Shown piece by piece: positions 37,901 through 49,058 of a stretch of 64,000 nucleotides of DNA. Source of the stretch: Macrostomum lignano (taxonomy: Eukaryota); NCBI GenBank assembly GCA_002269645.1, contig NIVC01002499.1:75735-139734 (forward strand). The letters are read 5' to 3'. The notes under the pieces are model-generated. The model did not search any database and was not told where the DNA came from. It saw only the letters and a list, made by a program, of their open reading frames with translations. Within the stretch, counting starts at the first letter, position 1. Each line of letters starts with the position of its first letter. Position numbers and translations under genes: made by a program.

Positions 37901-40900
37901 CCTCAGCCATGCGCCCCGCTGCCAAGCAGGCGCTGGTGGAGCAGCTGCTGCACCAGGCCGCCCAGTTCCACGCCAGCCGCGGCCGGCCTGTGGCAGCCGA
38001 TAAGCTGGAGAGAGATCTCTGGGAGACTGAGAAGATTCGGGGTGAGACTCTGTCTGAGAGTCATTTTCACCTTTTACTGCTCGACCTATCAGTCTGAGCA
38101 CTCCCTGACACTCATCAATCTGACCACTCCCTGACACTAATCAATCTGAGCACTCCTGACACTCATCAATCAAAGCACTCCCTGTCAACCATCAATCTGA
38201 GCACTCCCTGTTACCCATCAATCTGAGCACTCCCTGACACTCATCAATCTGAGCACTCCCGACACTCATCAATCTGAGCACTCCCTGACACTCATCAATC
38301 TGAGCACTCCCTGACACTCATAAATCTGAGCACTGCCTGTCACTCATCAATCTGAGCACTCCCTGACAACCATCAATCTGAGCACTCCCTGACAACCATC
38401 AATCTGAGCACTCCCTGTCACCTATCAATTCTTGGCACTCGGGTCATTGACATCTTCCCTGTCACCCATCGATCTGAGCAGTCTGGTCATCCAAAGACAT
38501 CCTGAAGCTCGCACAGCAACAAGAACCAGTATTTGAGCTGGCCAAACAGATAAGCGCCTGGTGCATAGCTACTCAGAAAAGGGACTCAGACTGTGGAGCG
38601 AGCGGACAGAAATGGAGAAGGCTGAGGGATGCTGGGGAGGCCATCTGCCGCTGGCTGTGTTGGCCGGCAGACCCCCGGCCAGACTCATAAAATTTTCATT
38701 CACTTCGACAGTCGTGGGGATCTCCGTGAGCTAATGCCTTCGCCTCCGCACCGGCTGCTCGGCCGTTGCAAGTGGAGCTCGCTAATGCCCCCGCCCGCCT
38801 CATCTCCCGCTCCTCAGCGTGGCAACTGTGCCGATTTTGTTGTTTTTGAGTGCTTCCCAAATCTGCTGAGAGCCTTGGCGCCTGGAAACTTATGAACTGA
38901 GCCCGGGACCTGGTGAGGCCTGAAGTCGTCTTCCCGTACTTCGACTGTTGCCTTTGCAACAACACGCGCCTCTAAAGAATGTTAAAGAACTTTTATTTCC
39001 TCAATATTTTTCTCAATTTCCTGGATGCTAGCCGTTGTGTAGTTAAATCGAACATCCTCGGGAAAATTCGGCAGCTCGATGCTATTGTTTAGGCTTTCAG
39101 CCTTGCTGAGGAACTCTATGGCTAAGGCAGCTGAGGAGCTCTGGGGCAGGTGAGCATTGATGCTGAGGAACTCTAGGGCTAAGGCTGGGATGCTGAGGAA
39201 TTCTAGGGCTAAGGCTGGGATGCTGAGGAATTCTAGGGCTAAGGCAGCTGAGGAACTATAGGGCTAAGGCATGGATGCTGAGGAACTCTAGTTCTAAGGC
39301 TGGGATGCTGAGGAATTCTAGGGCTAAGGCAGCTAAGGAACTCTAGGGCTAAGCTGGATGCTGAGGAACTCTAGGGCTAAGGCTGGGATGCTGAGGAATT
39401 CTAGGGCTAAGGCTGGGATGCTGAGGAATTCTAGGGCTAAGGTAAGGGTTAAGGCATGCGCTGAGTGAGAAGTGAGGCTCTGGAGCCTAAAGAATGACAA
39501 AAAGTGCGCTGGCTCCGAGTTGAGTCCGACTGCAAGCCAGCAGGCGCGAGTCTCCCGCCATTAATTAGCTAATTAGCATAGGTAATTTCCGCTCGGAGAG
39601 CGCCGGGCCAGTGCGGCAATAAAGAAGTGCCGATCTGCCCCGGTGTGAAACAGGAGACGGTTGCGCCCTGGCAATCGATGCGCCTGGAATTGAGGCAAAG
39701 CCAGCTGCTTCATGCCGGATCACGGAAGTGAATCGTAAATATCTCTTGGATTATTGTTCCCTCAACTCCGCAGAGTCGGCTTCATCGTCCTCCGGCCCCA
39801 GCCGCTCTGAGTCGCCGGGTATCGACCAGGTAGGTCAGGCTCACTGCTCTGGCTTGTGTGTGACATGCAGACTGAGTTGCAGTGCTTTGCAGCCACTCCG
39901 CCTCGCTCTCCATAATCCTAAGGGGTCATCCGCTGCCGACAACCGACACGCGGCCCTGCGGAACTCGCCGCGGCAGGACAAGCGGCAGAAACAACAACAA
40001 AAGCAACTGCAACAAGACAAACAACAGGACAAACAGCAAGAGCAAAACAAACAGCAACAACAGCAAGACAAACAGCAAGAGCAAAACAAACAGCAAGAGC
40101 AAAACAAACAGCAACAACAGCAAGACAAACAGCAACAAGAAGACAAACAGCAACAACAAGACAAGGAGCAACAACAACAGGACAAACAGAAACAACAACA
40201 AGACAAACAACAGCAGCAACAAGACAAACAGCAACAGCAAGACAAACAGCAGCAACAAGACAAACAGCAACAGCAAGACGAACAGCAACAACAAGACAAA
40301 CAGCAACAGCAAGACAAACAGCAACAGCAAGACGAACAGCAACAACAAGACAAACAGCAACAACAAGATAAACAGCAACAACAAAACGAACAGCAACATC
40401 AACAACAAGACAAACAGCAACAGCAGGACAAACAGCAGCAACAAGACGAACAGCAACAGCAAGACGAACAGCAACAACAAGACAAACAGCAACAACAAGA
40501 CAAACAGCAACAGCAAAACGAACAGCAGCAGCAGCTCGATGAGTCGATGCCGAGTGTACACATCAGCATCCAACAGAAGCCGCCAGCGGCTCAGTCCCTG
40601 AGTGGTAGGCCGCATTTTGCCGGCTGTTTATGGATGCCAGTGTCTGGACAAAATTCGCCCATTTTCAATTTCAGACGGCGAGTCAACTGAGCTGTCGGAC
40701 GACGACCAGGAGTTCGAGGAGGCCATCGCGGCAGCTTTGGCGGTGCTGCAGCTGGACGGTGAGAGTCGGCTGGTGCTGTTCTGAAGTGCTCATTTTGCTG
40801 GCAATGTTTGGAATTCAGTTCAAGCTGCCATTTTGAACTGCTTTTTATAGAGAATCAGGTTCTCCACGGACTGCTCAGCGATGAAGATCCAGAGGAGGAA

Positions 40901-43900
40901 CTTAACGAGAGTGAAAGTGCGTTTCAATTTCGTTCTGGAATTAAAAAATCATTCTGAATTATTCTGGATCATTTGGGATCATTCGGGATCATTGGGAATC
41001 ATTTGGGATCATTCGGGATCATTGGGAATCATTTGGGATCATTCGGGATCATTGGGAATCATTTGGGATCATTCGGGATTATTCTGGATCATTTGGGATC
41101 ATTCGGGGTCATTCGGAATCATTAGGGATCATTCGGGATTATTCTGGATCATTTGGGATCATTCGGGGTCATTCGGAATCATTCGGAATTATTCGGGATC
41201 ATTCGGGATCATTCGGAATTATTCGGGATCATTGGGGATCATTCGGAATCATTCGGATCATTCGGATTATTCGGGATCATTCGGGATTCGGATCATTGGG
41301 ATCATTCGGATCATTCATCATTGGGATCATTCGGGATCATTCGGATCATTCGGGATCATTCGGGATCATTCGGGATCATTCGGATCATTCGGGATCATTC
41401 GGGATCATTCGGGATCATTCGGGATCATTCGGGATCATTGGGGATCATTCGGAATCATTTGGAATCATTCGGGATCATTCGGGATCATTCGGGATTATTC
41501 GGGACCATTCGGGATTATTCAGGATCATTCGGGATCATGGGATCATGGGATCATTCGAGATCATTCGGGATCATTCGGGATCATTCGGGATTATTCGGGA
41601 TCATTCGGGATTATTCAGGATCATTCGGGATCATGGGATCATGGGATCATTCGAGATCATTCGGGATCATTCGGGATCATTCGGGATCATTTGGGATCAT
41701 TCGGGATCATTGGGGATCATTCGGAATCATTTGGGATCATTCGAGATCATTCGAGATCATTCGGGATCATTCGGGATCATTTGGGATCATTCGGAATCAT
41801 TGGGGATCATTGGGGATCATTCGGAATCATTTGGGATCATTCGAGATCATTCGGGATCATTGGGGATCATTCGGGATCATTTGGGATCATTCGAGATCAT
41901 TCGGGATCATTCGGGATCATTCGGGATCATTTGGGATCATTCGGGATCATTTGAAATCATTCGGGATCATTCGGGATCATTCGGGATTATTCGGGTTCAT
42001 TCGGGATTATTCGGGATCATTCGGGATCATGGGATCATTCGGTATCACTTTCAACTTAAAGAAACGGGATTCCATCCCACAGAATGACTCAGGTATCTCC
42101 CTCTGAGGCATTCCATCTGCTGTGCTCAAGCTCCATAGCTACCCGGCCCCAGTTTATTTGTGACTCGTATTCCCCAGCCTTTAATCCTCTGAGTCCATCC
42201 CAAATTTATTTGCCCATTAGAGGGGCCTATGGCCGCGCCAACCGCACTGCAACATTATCCCATCGCATTAAGGCATTGAAGCATCCCCATGCCAAACCCG
42301 CTCGCCTCTCCTTTCAGTGCATTCACGGAAACTGCCGTCTCAACCATCTCACCTGAGTTTTCTTGAATCCTTTGCTCCACTTTTCCCCTCAGACCCTCCC
42401 CTGTTTACCATCCCAGTCAGTCGCGACTCCCCCCGCTTTTCCCCTCCATCCTTTTGTCCCGCGCTGGCCGCCGGAGCCCCGATTTGCACTCGCTGGCAGC
42501 GGGGCGGCGGGCCGACCTCCCAGCCCCGCTGGGGAGTTTCTTGTTGGAGTGGGCGATTCCTGGGGAGCGCCTTCCGCAGCTGGGGATCTCGAAACTCTCT
42601 TTTTTCTCACTGGCTTTTTGCTACAAAACCTGCATTCTTCTGCGCTTCACTTTCCTGAAATGTTATAGGGGCGGAGGCTGAGCCTGGAGACGATGCTCAG
42701 GATGGAGCTCCGGAGACTGGGCGTTTGGAGCATCCAGAAGGAGGTGAGCGATGGCTGGCTGAGAAGTCTGGGCTAATGGTGATGAACTCGAGTGGAACAC
42801 ACAAACCCCTGCTCCTCCTTCCAGCTGCCTACAAACTGCGCTTCGTTACCGCTAGAGCAGGAGTCGAACCCGCGACCACTACCGATGGGCAATCCGAAAC
42901 TGACACAGGTTGGCCGGGGTCAGTTCGGGTCAACCTGGTGGGCGAGCGAGGCCAGTCAGGCGAGATGGGCTTTGAATGCTCAGAGCATGGGGCCCGGCTG
43001 GCGCCTGGAAGGTGAGATGCACTCGCGGTGGGCTGGGAGAAATGGGAAGACTGAGAGAGGGATAGAAAGACTGAGAGAGGGATGGGAAGACTGGAAGAGG
43101 GATGGGAAGACTGAGAGGGAAATGGGAAGACTGGGAGATGGATGGGAAGACTGGGTGAAGAAAAGGCAGAATAGGAGGGACACGAAAAGGTGTGGGGAGA
43201 CATAGGAAGGGGTGGGGAGACACGGGAAGGGGTGGGAGACATGGAAAGGGGTGGGGAGACACGGGAAGGGGTGGGGAGACACGGGAAGGGGTGGGAGACA
43301 TGGGAAGGGGTGGGGAGACACGGGAAGGGGGGGAGACACGGGAAGGGGTGGGGAGACACGGGAAGGGGTGAGGAGACACGGGAAGGGGTGGGGAGACACG
43401 GTAAGGTGTTGGGAGACACAGGAAGGGGTGAGGAGACAAGGGAAAGGGTGGGGAGACACGGGAAGGGGTGGGGAGACACGGGAAGGGGTGGGGAGACACG
43501 GGAAGGGGTGAGGAGACACGGGAAGGGGTGGGGAGACACGGGAAGGGGTGGGGAGACACGGGAAGGGGTGGGGAGACACGGGAAGGGGTGAGGAGACACG
43601 GGAAGGGGTGAGGAGACAAGGGAAAGGGTGGGGAGACATGGGAAGGGGTGGGGAGACACGGGAAGGGGTGGGGAGACACGGGAAGGGGTGAGGAGACACG
43701 GGAAGGGGTGGGGAGACACGGGAAGGGGTGGAGACGCGGGAAGGGGTGGGGAGACACGGGAAGGGGTGGGGAGACACGGGAAGGGGTGAGGAGACACGGG
43801 AAGGGGTGGGGAGACACGCGGGAAGGGGTGGGAGACACGGGAAGGGGTGTGAGACACGGGAAGGGGTGGGGAGACACGGGAAGGGGTGGGGAGACACGGG

Positions 43901-45665
43901 AAGGGTGGGGAGACACGGGAAGTGGGGAGACACGGGAAGGGGTGGGAGACACGGGAAGGGGTGGGGAGACACGGGAAGGGGTGAGGAGACACGGGAAGGG
44001 GTTGTGAGACGCGGGAAGGGGTGGGGAGACACGGGAAGGGGTTGTGAGACGCGGGAAGGGGTGGGGAGACACGGGAAGGGGTGGGGAGACACGGGAAGGG
44101 GTGGGGAGACACGGGAAGGGGTGGGGAGACACGGGAAGGGGTGAGGAGACACGGGAAGGGGTGGGGAGACACGGGAAGGGGTGGGGAGACACGGGAAGCG
44201 GTGGGGAGACACGGGAAGCGGTGGGGAGACACGGGAAGGGGTGAGGAGACACGGGAAGGGGTGGGGAGACACGGGAAGCGGTGGGGAGACACGGGAAGGG
44301 GTGGGGAGACCCAGACTGCAGCAAATTCGCAATTTTTTAGCACTGTCGAGTTCCCCCTCTCCATTCCGGAGCTGGGCCGCTTGCTGAGGCTGCGAGTTCG
44401 AATCCCAGAGGAGAATTTCCGTCCCGCCCAGGCCGCTGATGATGGAATCGAGAAGGAGGCCTCCGATTCCGCCTCATCAGGGAGCTGGATTCTGGACAGG
44501 GTAAGCTGAGCTGACAGCTGGTTGATGGAGCGCCTGCCATATGGAGTGTTGGCCTGGACCTGTGGCAGGGCGGACTTTCATAATTGTCTATATTATTAAT
44601 AACCAGTGCGGGCTGCCAGTGTTGACTCAAAGCTGCCGCAGTTGGTAAACAGCTGCCCGCTTTGTCGAGTGACGCCCCAGTTTGCTGCCAGCCCCCGCAG
44701 CCGCTCAGTCACTCAGCTGGCCGCAACTCCCCCCCCCATAGCGAATTCTCCCAGATTCCTCTTCCATTGTTCGCTGGCTGGGAGACCCTGCGGCGCAGGG
44801 GATGAAGGAGGCCAGAGCTCAAAAAAAGTTTCCAACTTTTGCATCGCCCTGACAGCGGATTCCGGGCCGCGCGCCGAGCCATTGAGGATTAATTTCCTGC
44901 TCACCCGGCGGGAGAGGGGCCGGGGATGAAGCCCGGAGACTGGGGGACAATGGAGAGGCTGCGGGCTGGGGATTTGTCCGGCAGAGAGCAGCTCAGCGAG
45001 CTCAGGCACTGGGGGCTGGCTCGGGATCTCCAGCTTCCGGTCCCCCAGCCTCCCTGCCAGTGCCTCATCGCCTGCACCCCTGAGTCCCCCCAAAAATGCC
45101 GCATTGTCTCACCTGCTCAGACGGAGTTTTATGGTGTTGGAGGAAAAATGTTGTTCAATTTTTGTACTTTAGCATCTCCAAGACGGAATCGGACTGCAAA
45201 CTGTGTGGCATTCAAACTGTGCTCGAATTGGTAACAGAAATTATTTAACAGCACTGAGCCATTCCGTTTGACCGCCAGTCGCCGCTATCGCTGGGCCCAG
45301 CGAGATAAGCAGCTAATCTTCCTGCTGCTGTGCCTCCAGTTTTATACTACTGGCTCAAGGCTGAAATCAGTAGTAGAAAGCGGGCTTGGAAGTCGTTTAT
45401 GCCGATGCAGTAGGACTGACGTTGGTTCGAGTCCCGCTATTGCCTAAGTTCTTTTGCATAAATTTCTATTCTGCAATGCAAAACATCAACTCGACATATC
45501 GCGTCATACGAATCTCCATGGAAACTAAAAACGGAAAAACTTTTCGATTTCAATTTGCTGCAGGTGGAGATCGTCAATGCAGCCAGCGGCGCCACCGTCA
45601 GCTTCAGGTGCGGGCAGGCGCTCACTGAGGACTTCCCGGGCCGGACTCTGCGGGCTGATGACTGA
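31948..45665 (+). CDS. ERICH3: ERICH3-like DUF4590 protein with Gln-rich region and C-terminal PLAT/LH2 domain. Supported exons: 31948-31973, 32470-32566, ?-33433, 33504-33852, 34991-35177, 35525-35655, 35750-35869, 37907-38041, 39774-39829, 39923-40604, 40675-40758, 42669-42743, 42825-43011, 44341-44500, 45564-45665
   Basis: N-terminus MPRLNADSG|LLAYQAS...NNRSKRQNLERAGL resembles the ERICH3 start. DUF4590 core QVTVMQQHSGGNTLRVFSG...N|EDFTFVSRRHRGFPFSLSLYISG...RLSTCCEFRH..GARLG...GHFGF...APCFK|C. PLAT: YKLRFVT...VRVNLVGERGQSG...PG|STVEF...LGRLLRLRV...SWILDR|VEIVN...FRCGQAL. Phases are compatible; exons between 32567-33433 and small ones at 36462-36494 and 36906-36941 are uncertain. Confidence 0.75.
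33900..34340. repeat. 26-27-bp intronic minisatellite
   Basis: Unit ggggtatctgaggtcctgaagcactga. Confidence 0.93.
35180..35430. repeat. 18-bp intronic minisatellite starting at the donor site
   Basis: Donor gtgagtgtgct runs straight into unit agtgtgctggacttctag. Confidence 0.93.
37095..37520. repeat. 20-bp intronic minisatellite
   Basis: Unit gtgagatctcagaagtgagt; contains donor consensus GTGAGT. Confidence 0.94.
38090..38480. repeat. 26-bp intronic minisatellite
   Basis: Unit tctgagcactccctgacactcatcaa. Confidence 0.9.
39100..39450. repeat. 30-bp intronic minisatellite
   Basis: Unit ggatgctgaggaattctagggctaaggctg. Confidence 0.88.
40950..42040. repeat. 10-bp intronic minisatellite, about 1.1 kb
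   Basis: Unit gggatcattc with variants. Confidence 0.96.
43190..44312. repeat. 20-bp G-rich intronic minisatellite
   Basis: Unit gggagacacgggaaggggtg. Confidence 0.96.
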
Positions 45666-45667
45666 AT

Positions 45668-45802
45668 TGAGCACTCGGGGAGCTGGCACTCGGGGAGCTG
45701 GCACTCGGGGAGCTGAGCACTCGGGGAGCTGAGCACTCGGGGAGCTGAGCACTCGGGGAGCTGAGCACTCGGGGAGCTGAGCACTCGGGGAGCTGAGCAC
45801 CC
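45668..45802. repeat. 16-bp minisatellite directly after the ERICH3-like stop
   Basis: Unit gagcactcggggagct. Confidence 0.92.
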
Positions 45803-46179
45803 GAGTCATCCTCATCTGCTCCTGAGTTTGCTGATGCTTTCTTTCTTAACTTTGTCAGCTACTTTTTGCAATTCTGTTTTCTCTGGACTTTCGCGCTTTT
45901 AGATTTGAATATAATAATTTTTATAAAGTCGTTCTCAAAACTAAAACTATTGCAAACTCCGCTTACCTTGGATTAGCTGATGTTAAGAGATTAACAATGG
46001 CCTACTCACAAAGCATACTCAAAATAAATACAAGACAATTCATCTCACCTTATTTGTACTTTGTGCTTCAAACAATTTTGAATTTTGAATTTGTTTTTTG
46101 CGTTTGTCAATTTTTAGGAAATTTTTTAAAAACTTAGGCCGCCGCAGCTGCGTTTTTTATAAGACCTGTGCATCCATCT

Positions 46180-46553
46180 GCATGTACAGCTGCTGTAGTC
46201 TGGATGTACAGCTACTGTAATCTGGATGTACAGCTGCTGTAGTCTGGATGTACAGCTGCTGTAGTCTGGATGTACAGCTACTGTAATCTGGATGTACAGC
46301 TACTGTAATCTGGATGTACAGCTACTGTAATCTGGATGTACAGCTACTGTAATCTGGATGTACAGCTACTGTAATCTGGATGTACAGCTACTGTAATCTG
46401 GATGTACAGCTACTGTAATCTGGATGTACAGCTACTGTAATCTGGATGTACAGCTACTGTAATCTGGATGTACAGCTACTGTAATCTGGATGTACAGCTA
46501 CTGTAATCTGGATGTGCAGCTACTGTAATCTGGATGTACAGCTACTGTAATCT
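46180..46553. repeat. 22-bp minisatellite
   Basis: Unit tggatgtacagctactgtaatc. Confidence 0.95.
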
Positions 46554-46667
46554 GTATTGAACACATGTCCATAGACCATCATGAGTAAAAACTAAATAAA
46601 CAAAAAGATTAGACAGACAAAGTGCCCGGTTGCAGCAGGTCAAAATGTACACCGCGGCCCCCAGCTG

Positions 46668-47838
46668 TCACTCCAGCCGCACGCAGGCGGTCTCCTGATC
46701 GGACTTGGTGCACACGCACTCCAGGCTGACGCTGCGGCCGTTCAGCAGCAGGGTGCGCTTGTAGGCGGCTCCGAGGGCCACCCGAGCGCCGGCCTCGTCC
46801 TGGCATCCGTCATCGTCGCGCAGGTCGTCCTGGCTGGCGCAGTTCACGTAGTGGCCATTGGCGTCGCATTCGCAGAAGAGCGACTCGCCGCCCGATGTCT
46901 CCACGGAGACGCGCTGGCCGGGCTGGCGGAGGCTGCCGTCGGCATCCACACAGCCCGTCTGGTTGCCGCTGCGGCGGCTGGCGCAGAAGAAGCTCATCTC
47001 GTGGCTGCCGCGGCGGGGGGGGTCAGGCAGCTGGGGCAGGTAGCTGGGGGGATCAGGCAGCTGGGGTCTGGTAGCTGGGGGTCAGGTAGCTGGTAGTCAG
47101 GTAGCTAGGGGGTCAGGTCAGATAGCTAGGGGGTCAGGTAGCTGGGGGTCAGTAGTGGGGTTCAGTAGTGGGGGTCAGGTAGTTCGGGGTCAGGTAGCTG
47201 GGGGTCAGTAGTGGGGGTCAGGTAGATGGGGTCAGGTAGTTGGATTCAAGTAGCTGAGGTCAGGTAGCTAGGGGGTCAGGCATCTGGGGGTCAGTAGTGG
47301 GGGTCAGGTAGCTAGGGGGTCAAGTAGCTGGGGGTCAGTAGTGGGGGTCAGGTAGCTAGGGGGTCAGGCATCTGGGGGTCAGTAGTGGGGGTCAGGTAGC
47401 TGGGGGTCAGTAGTGGGGGTCAGGTAGCTGGGGGTCAGTAGTGGGGGTCAGGTAGCTGGGGGTCAGAATTGGGGGTCAGGCATCATCTTGAAAAGCCTTT
47501 TATAACGTCACCATTCCGTGCTGCCTGCTCCGTACTCACCTGCCCTCCAGGTCCTCCACGCACTTGCACTCCAGAGTGCGGACCAGCGCAGAGCCCTGCT
47601 GGCTGTCGGCCTCAGCCTGGCGCTGCTCGTTGACCTTGGCCAGCACGGACTTGCGCTCCAGCTCGAAGCGGCAGCGGTCCCAGGACTCGCAGCGGCAGAC
47701 CCGGTCGAAGCAGGCGTCTCCACTCGGGTTGGGCAGCAATCCGCCATTCGGCACCATGCGGCCTTCGTGCACGCACTGGGTGGCGACAAGGGCTGGCAGC
47801 AGGCAGATGAACAGCCACGAACTACGGCTGGCTGGCAT
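46668..47838 (-). CDS. Secreted cysteine-rich protein, 211 aa; exons 47838-47540 and 47004-46668
   Basis: Signal peptide MPASRSSWLFICLLPALVATQ; phase-2 GT-AG intron restores frame. Repeated C-x(2-4)-G-x4-G...C-x-C-x(5-8)-C modules reminiscent of VWC/FnI/PSP94 folds. Confidence 0.8.
47018..47482. repeat. G-rich 13-15-bp minisatellite in the Cys-rich gene intron
   Basis: Unit ggggtcaggtagctg and variants (sense strand contains CCTGACC). Confidence 0.9.
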
Positions 47839-48264
47839 GGCTGGGATCTGGGATTCGGATTGCGGCTCTGGGACTAAAAGAAAAATGAAGCTTCGCTACC
47901 TTGAAGCAAGCGACTGCGCATTTATCCCATCCTGATCCTCTGCTGCGGGGCTGGGGCTGGTTCGCAGTTCACAGGGATAGGGAGGCAGGGAGATTACTGC
48001 GCAGCTGGGCTGTACACAACCCCATCCTCTCGCTGCCCTCTCGCCTTCCATTTTAAGCTAGGATTGCGGCAGGGAGGCGATGCAGCCCCCCCCCCTCCTT
48101 CCAGTGTGTGCTGCGGATGGTTCTGCATTGCAGGCGCAATCGTCCTTGCTGCACTTGCACTGGGCCTGCCGTTATGCGTAGTTGCTTGAGCGCTGGATGA
48201 TCAAGTTGAAGTTAATTTTGTCAGTTGTCCGAATTCTGAAGCTCGTGTACGTGCCAAGCTCTTT

Positions 48265-48582
48265 TGATCATAATATGGAAATGTGTCAGCTCTTTTGTCC
48301 TTTGAAGGAAATGTGTCAGCTCTTTTGTCCTTTCAAGGAAATGTGTCAGCTCTTTTGTCCTTTGAAGGAAATGTGTCAGCTCTTTTGTCCTTTCAAGGAA
48401 ATGTGTCAGCTCTTTTGATCATAATATGGAAATGTGTCAGCTCTTTTGATCATAATATGGAAATGTGTCAGCTCTTTTGTCCTTTCAAGGAAATGTGTCA
48501 GCTCTTTTAATCATAATATGGAAATGTGTCAGCTCTTTTGATCATAATATGGAAATGTGTCAGCTCTTTTGTCCTTTCAAGG
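48265..48582. repeat. 30/31-bp two-variant minisatellite, left part (split by the LINE)
   Basis: Units ggaaatgtgtcagctcttttgatcataatat and ggaaatgtgtcagctcttttgtcctttcaa. Confidence 0.95.
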
Positions 48583-49058
48583 GCCGGGGCTGTTGCCCCC
48601 AGGACCCCGGGTCCTGCACGTAATGGCGTGGTGAACTATCTGTGCAGTATGAGACTGGTATGGCCTTTATCCCAGCCAGCGATGCTCACACCTGCCTCCC
48701 CTGGCGGGCTGATAGCTCAAGAGACTCTGTCTCCTGATTTTCACCTTGCAAGGCGCACTTCGAAGGGTACTCGTCCCGTGGGTGTTAAGGCAGGCCCCCT
48801 TGGGCCCTGCCGAGCTGATTCGTTGGCGCCGGGTCCTGGTGTGACCATAAACGCACCCTCTAATGTCCCAGTGTAACTCCGTGCTGATGGACGCTTGGCC
48901 AGGGAGTAGTCTGGTCGCTAACGGTTCCCCTTGCGCTTTTGGGTCCCCCCGCAGGGTGGTATTTTGCTTTTTGGGGGCCTGCCGCTTGGTTTGGGGTTGC
49001 GGCCTTGCGGCTCTTTGCCTGTGTTCTGCAGGAAGTCCCACCTTTTTACTTCCAGCCA

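Noticed and set aside
40881-44364. GII/RDHS-rich and Pro-rich ORFs of 260-510 aa
   Set aside because: 10-bp and 20-bp intronic arrays between in-phase exons of the ERICH3-like gene.
48583-48800. HDV-like ribozyme in the LINE 5' UTR (gcctcccctggcgggctg resembles HDV P3/L3; several hairpins present)
   Set aside because: I could not assemble P1, P1.1, P2 and the catalytic C into the nested pseudoknot by hand. An RNArobo/Infernal search or cleavage assay would settle it.
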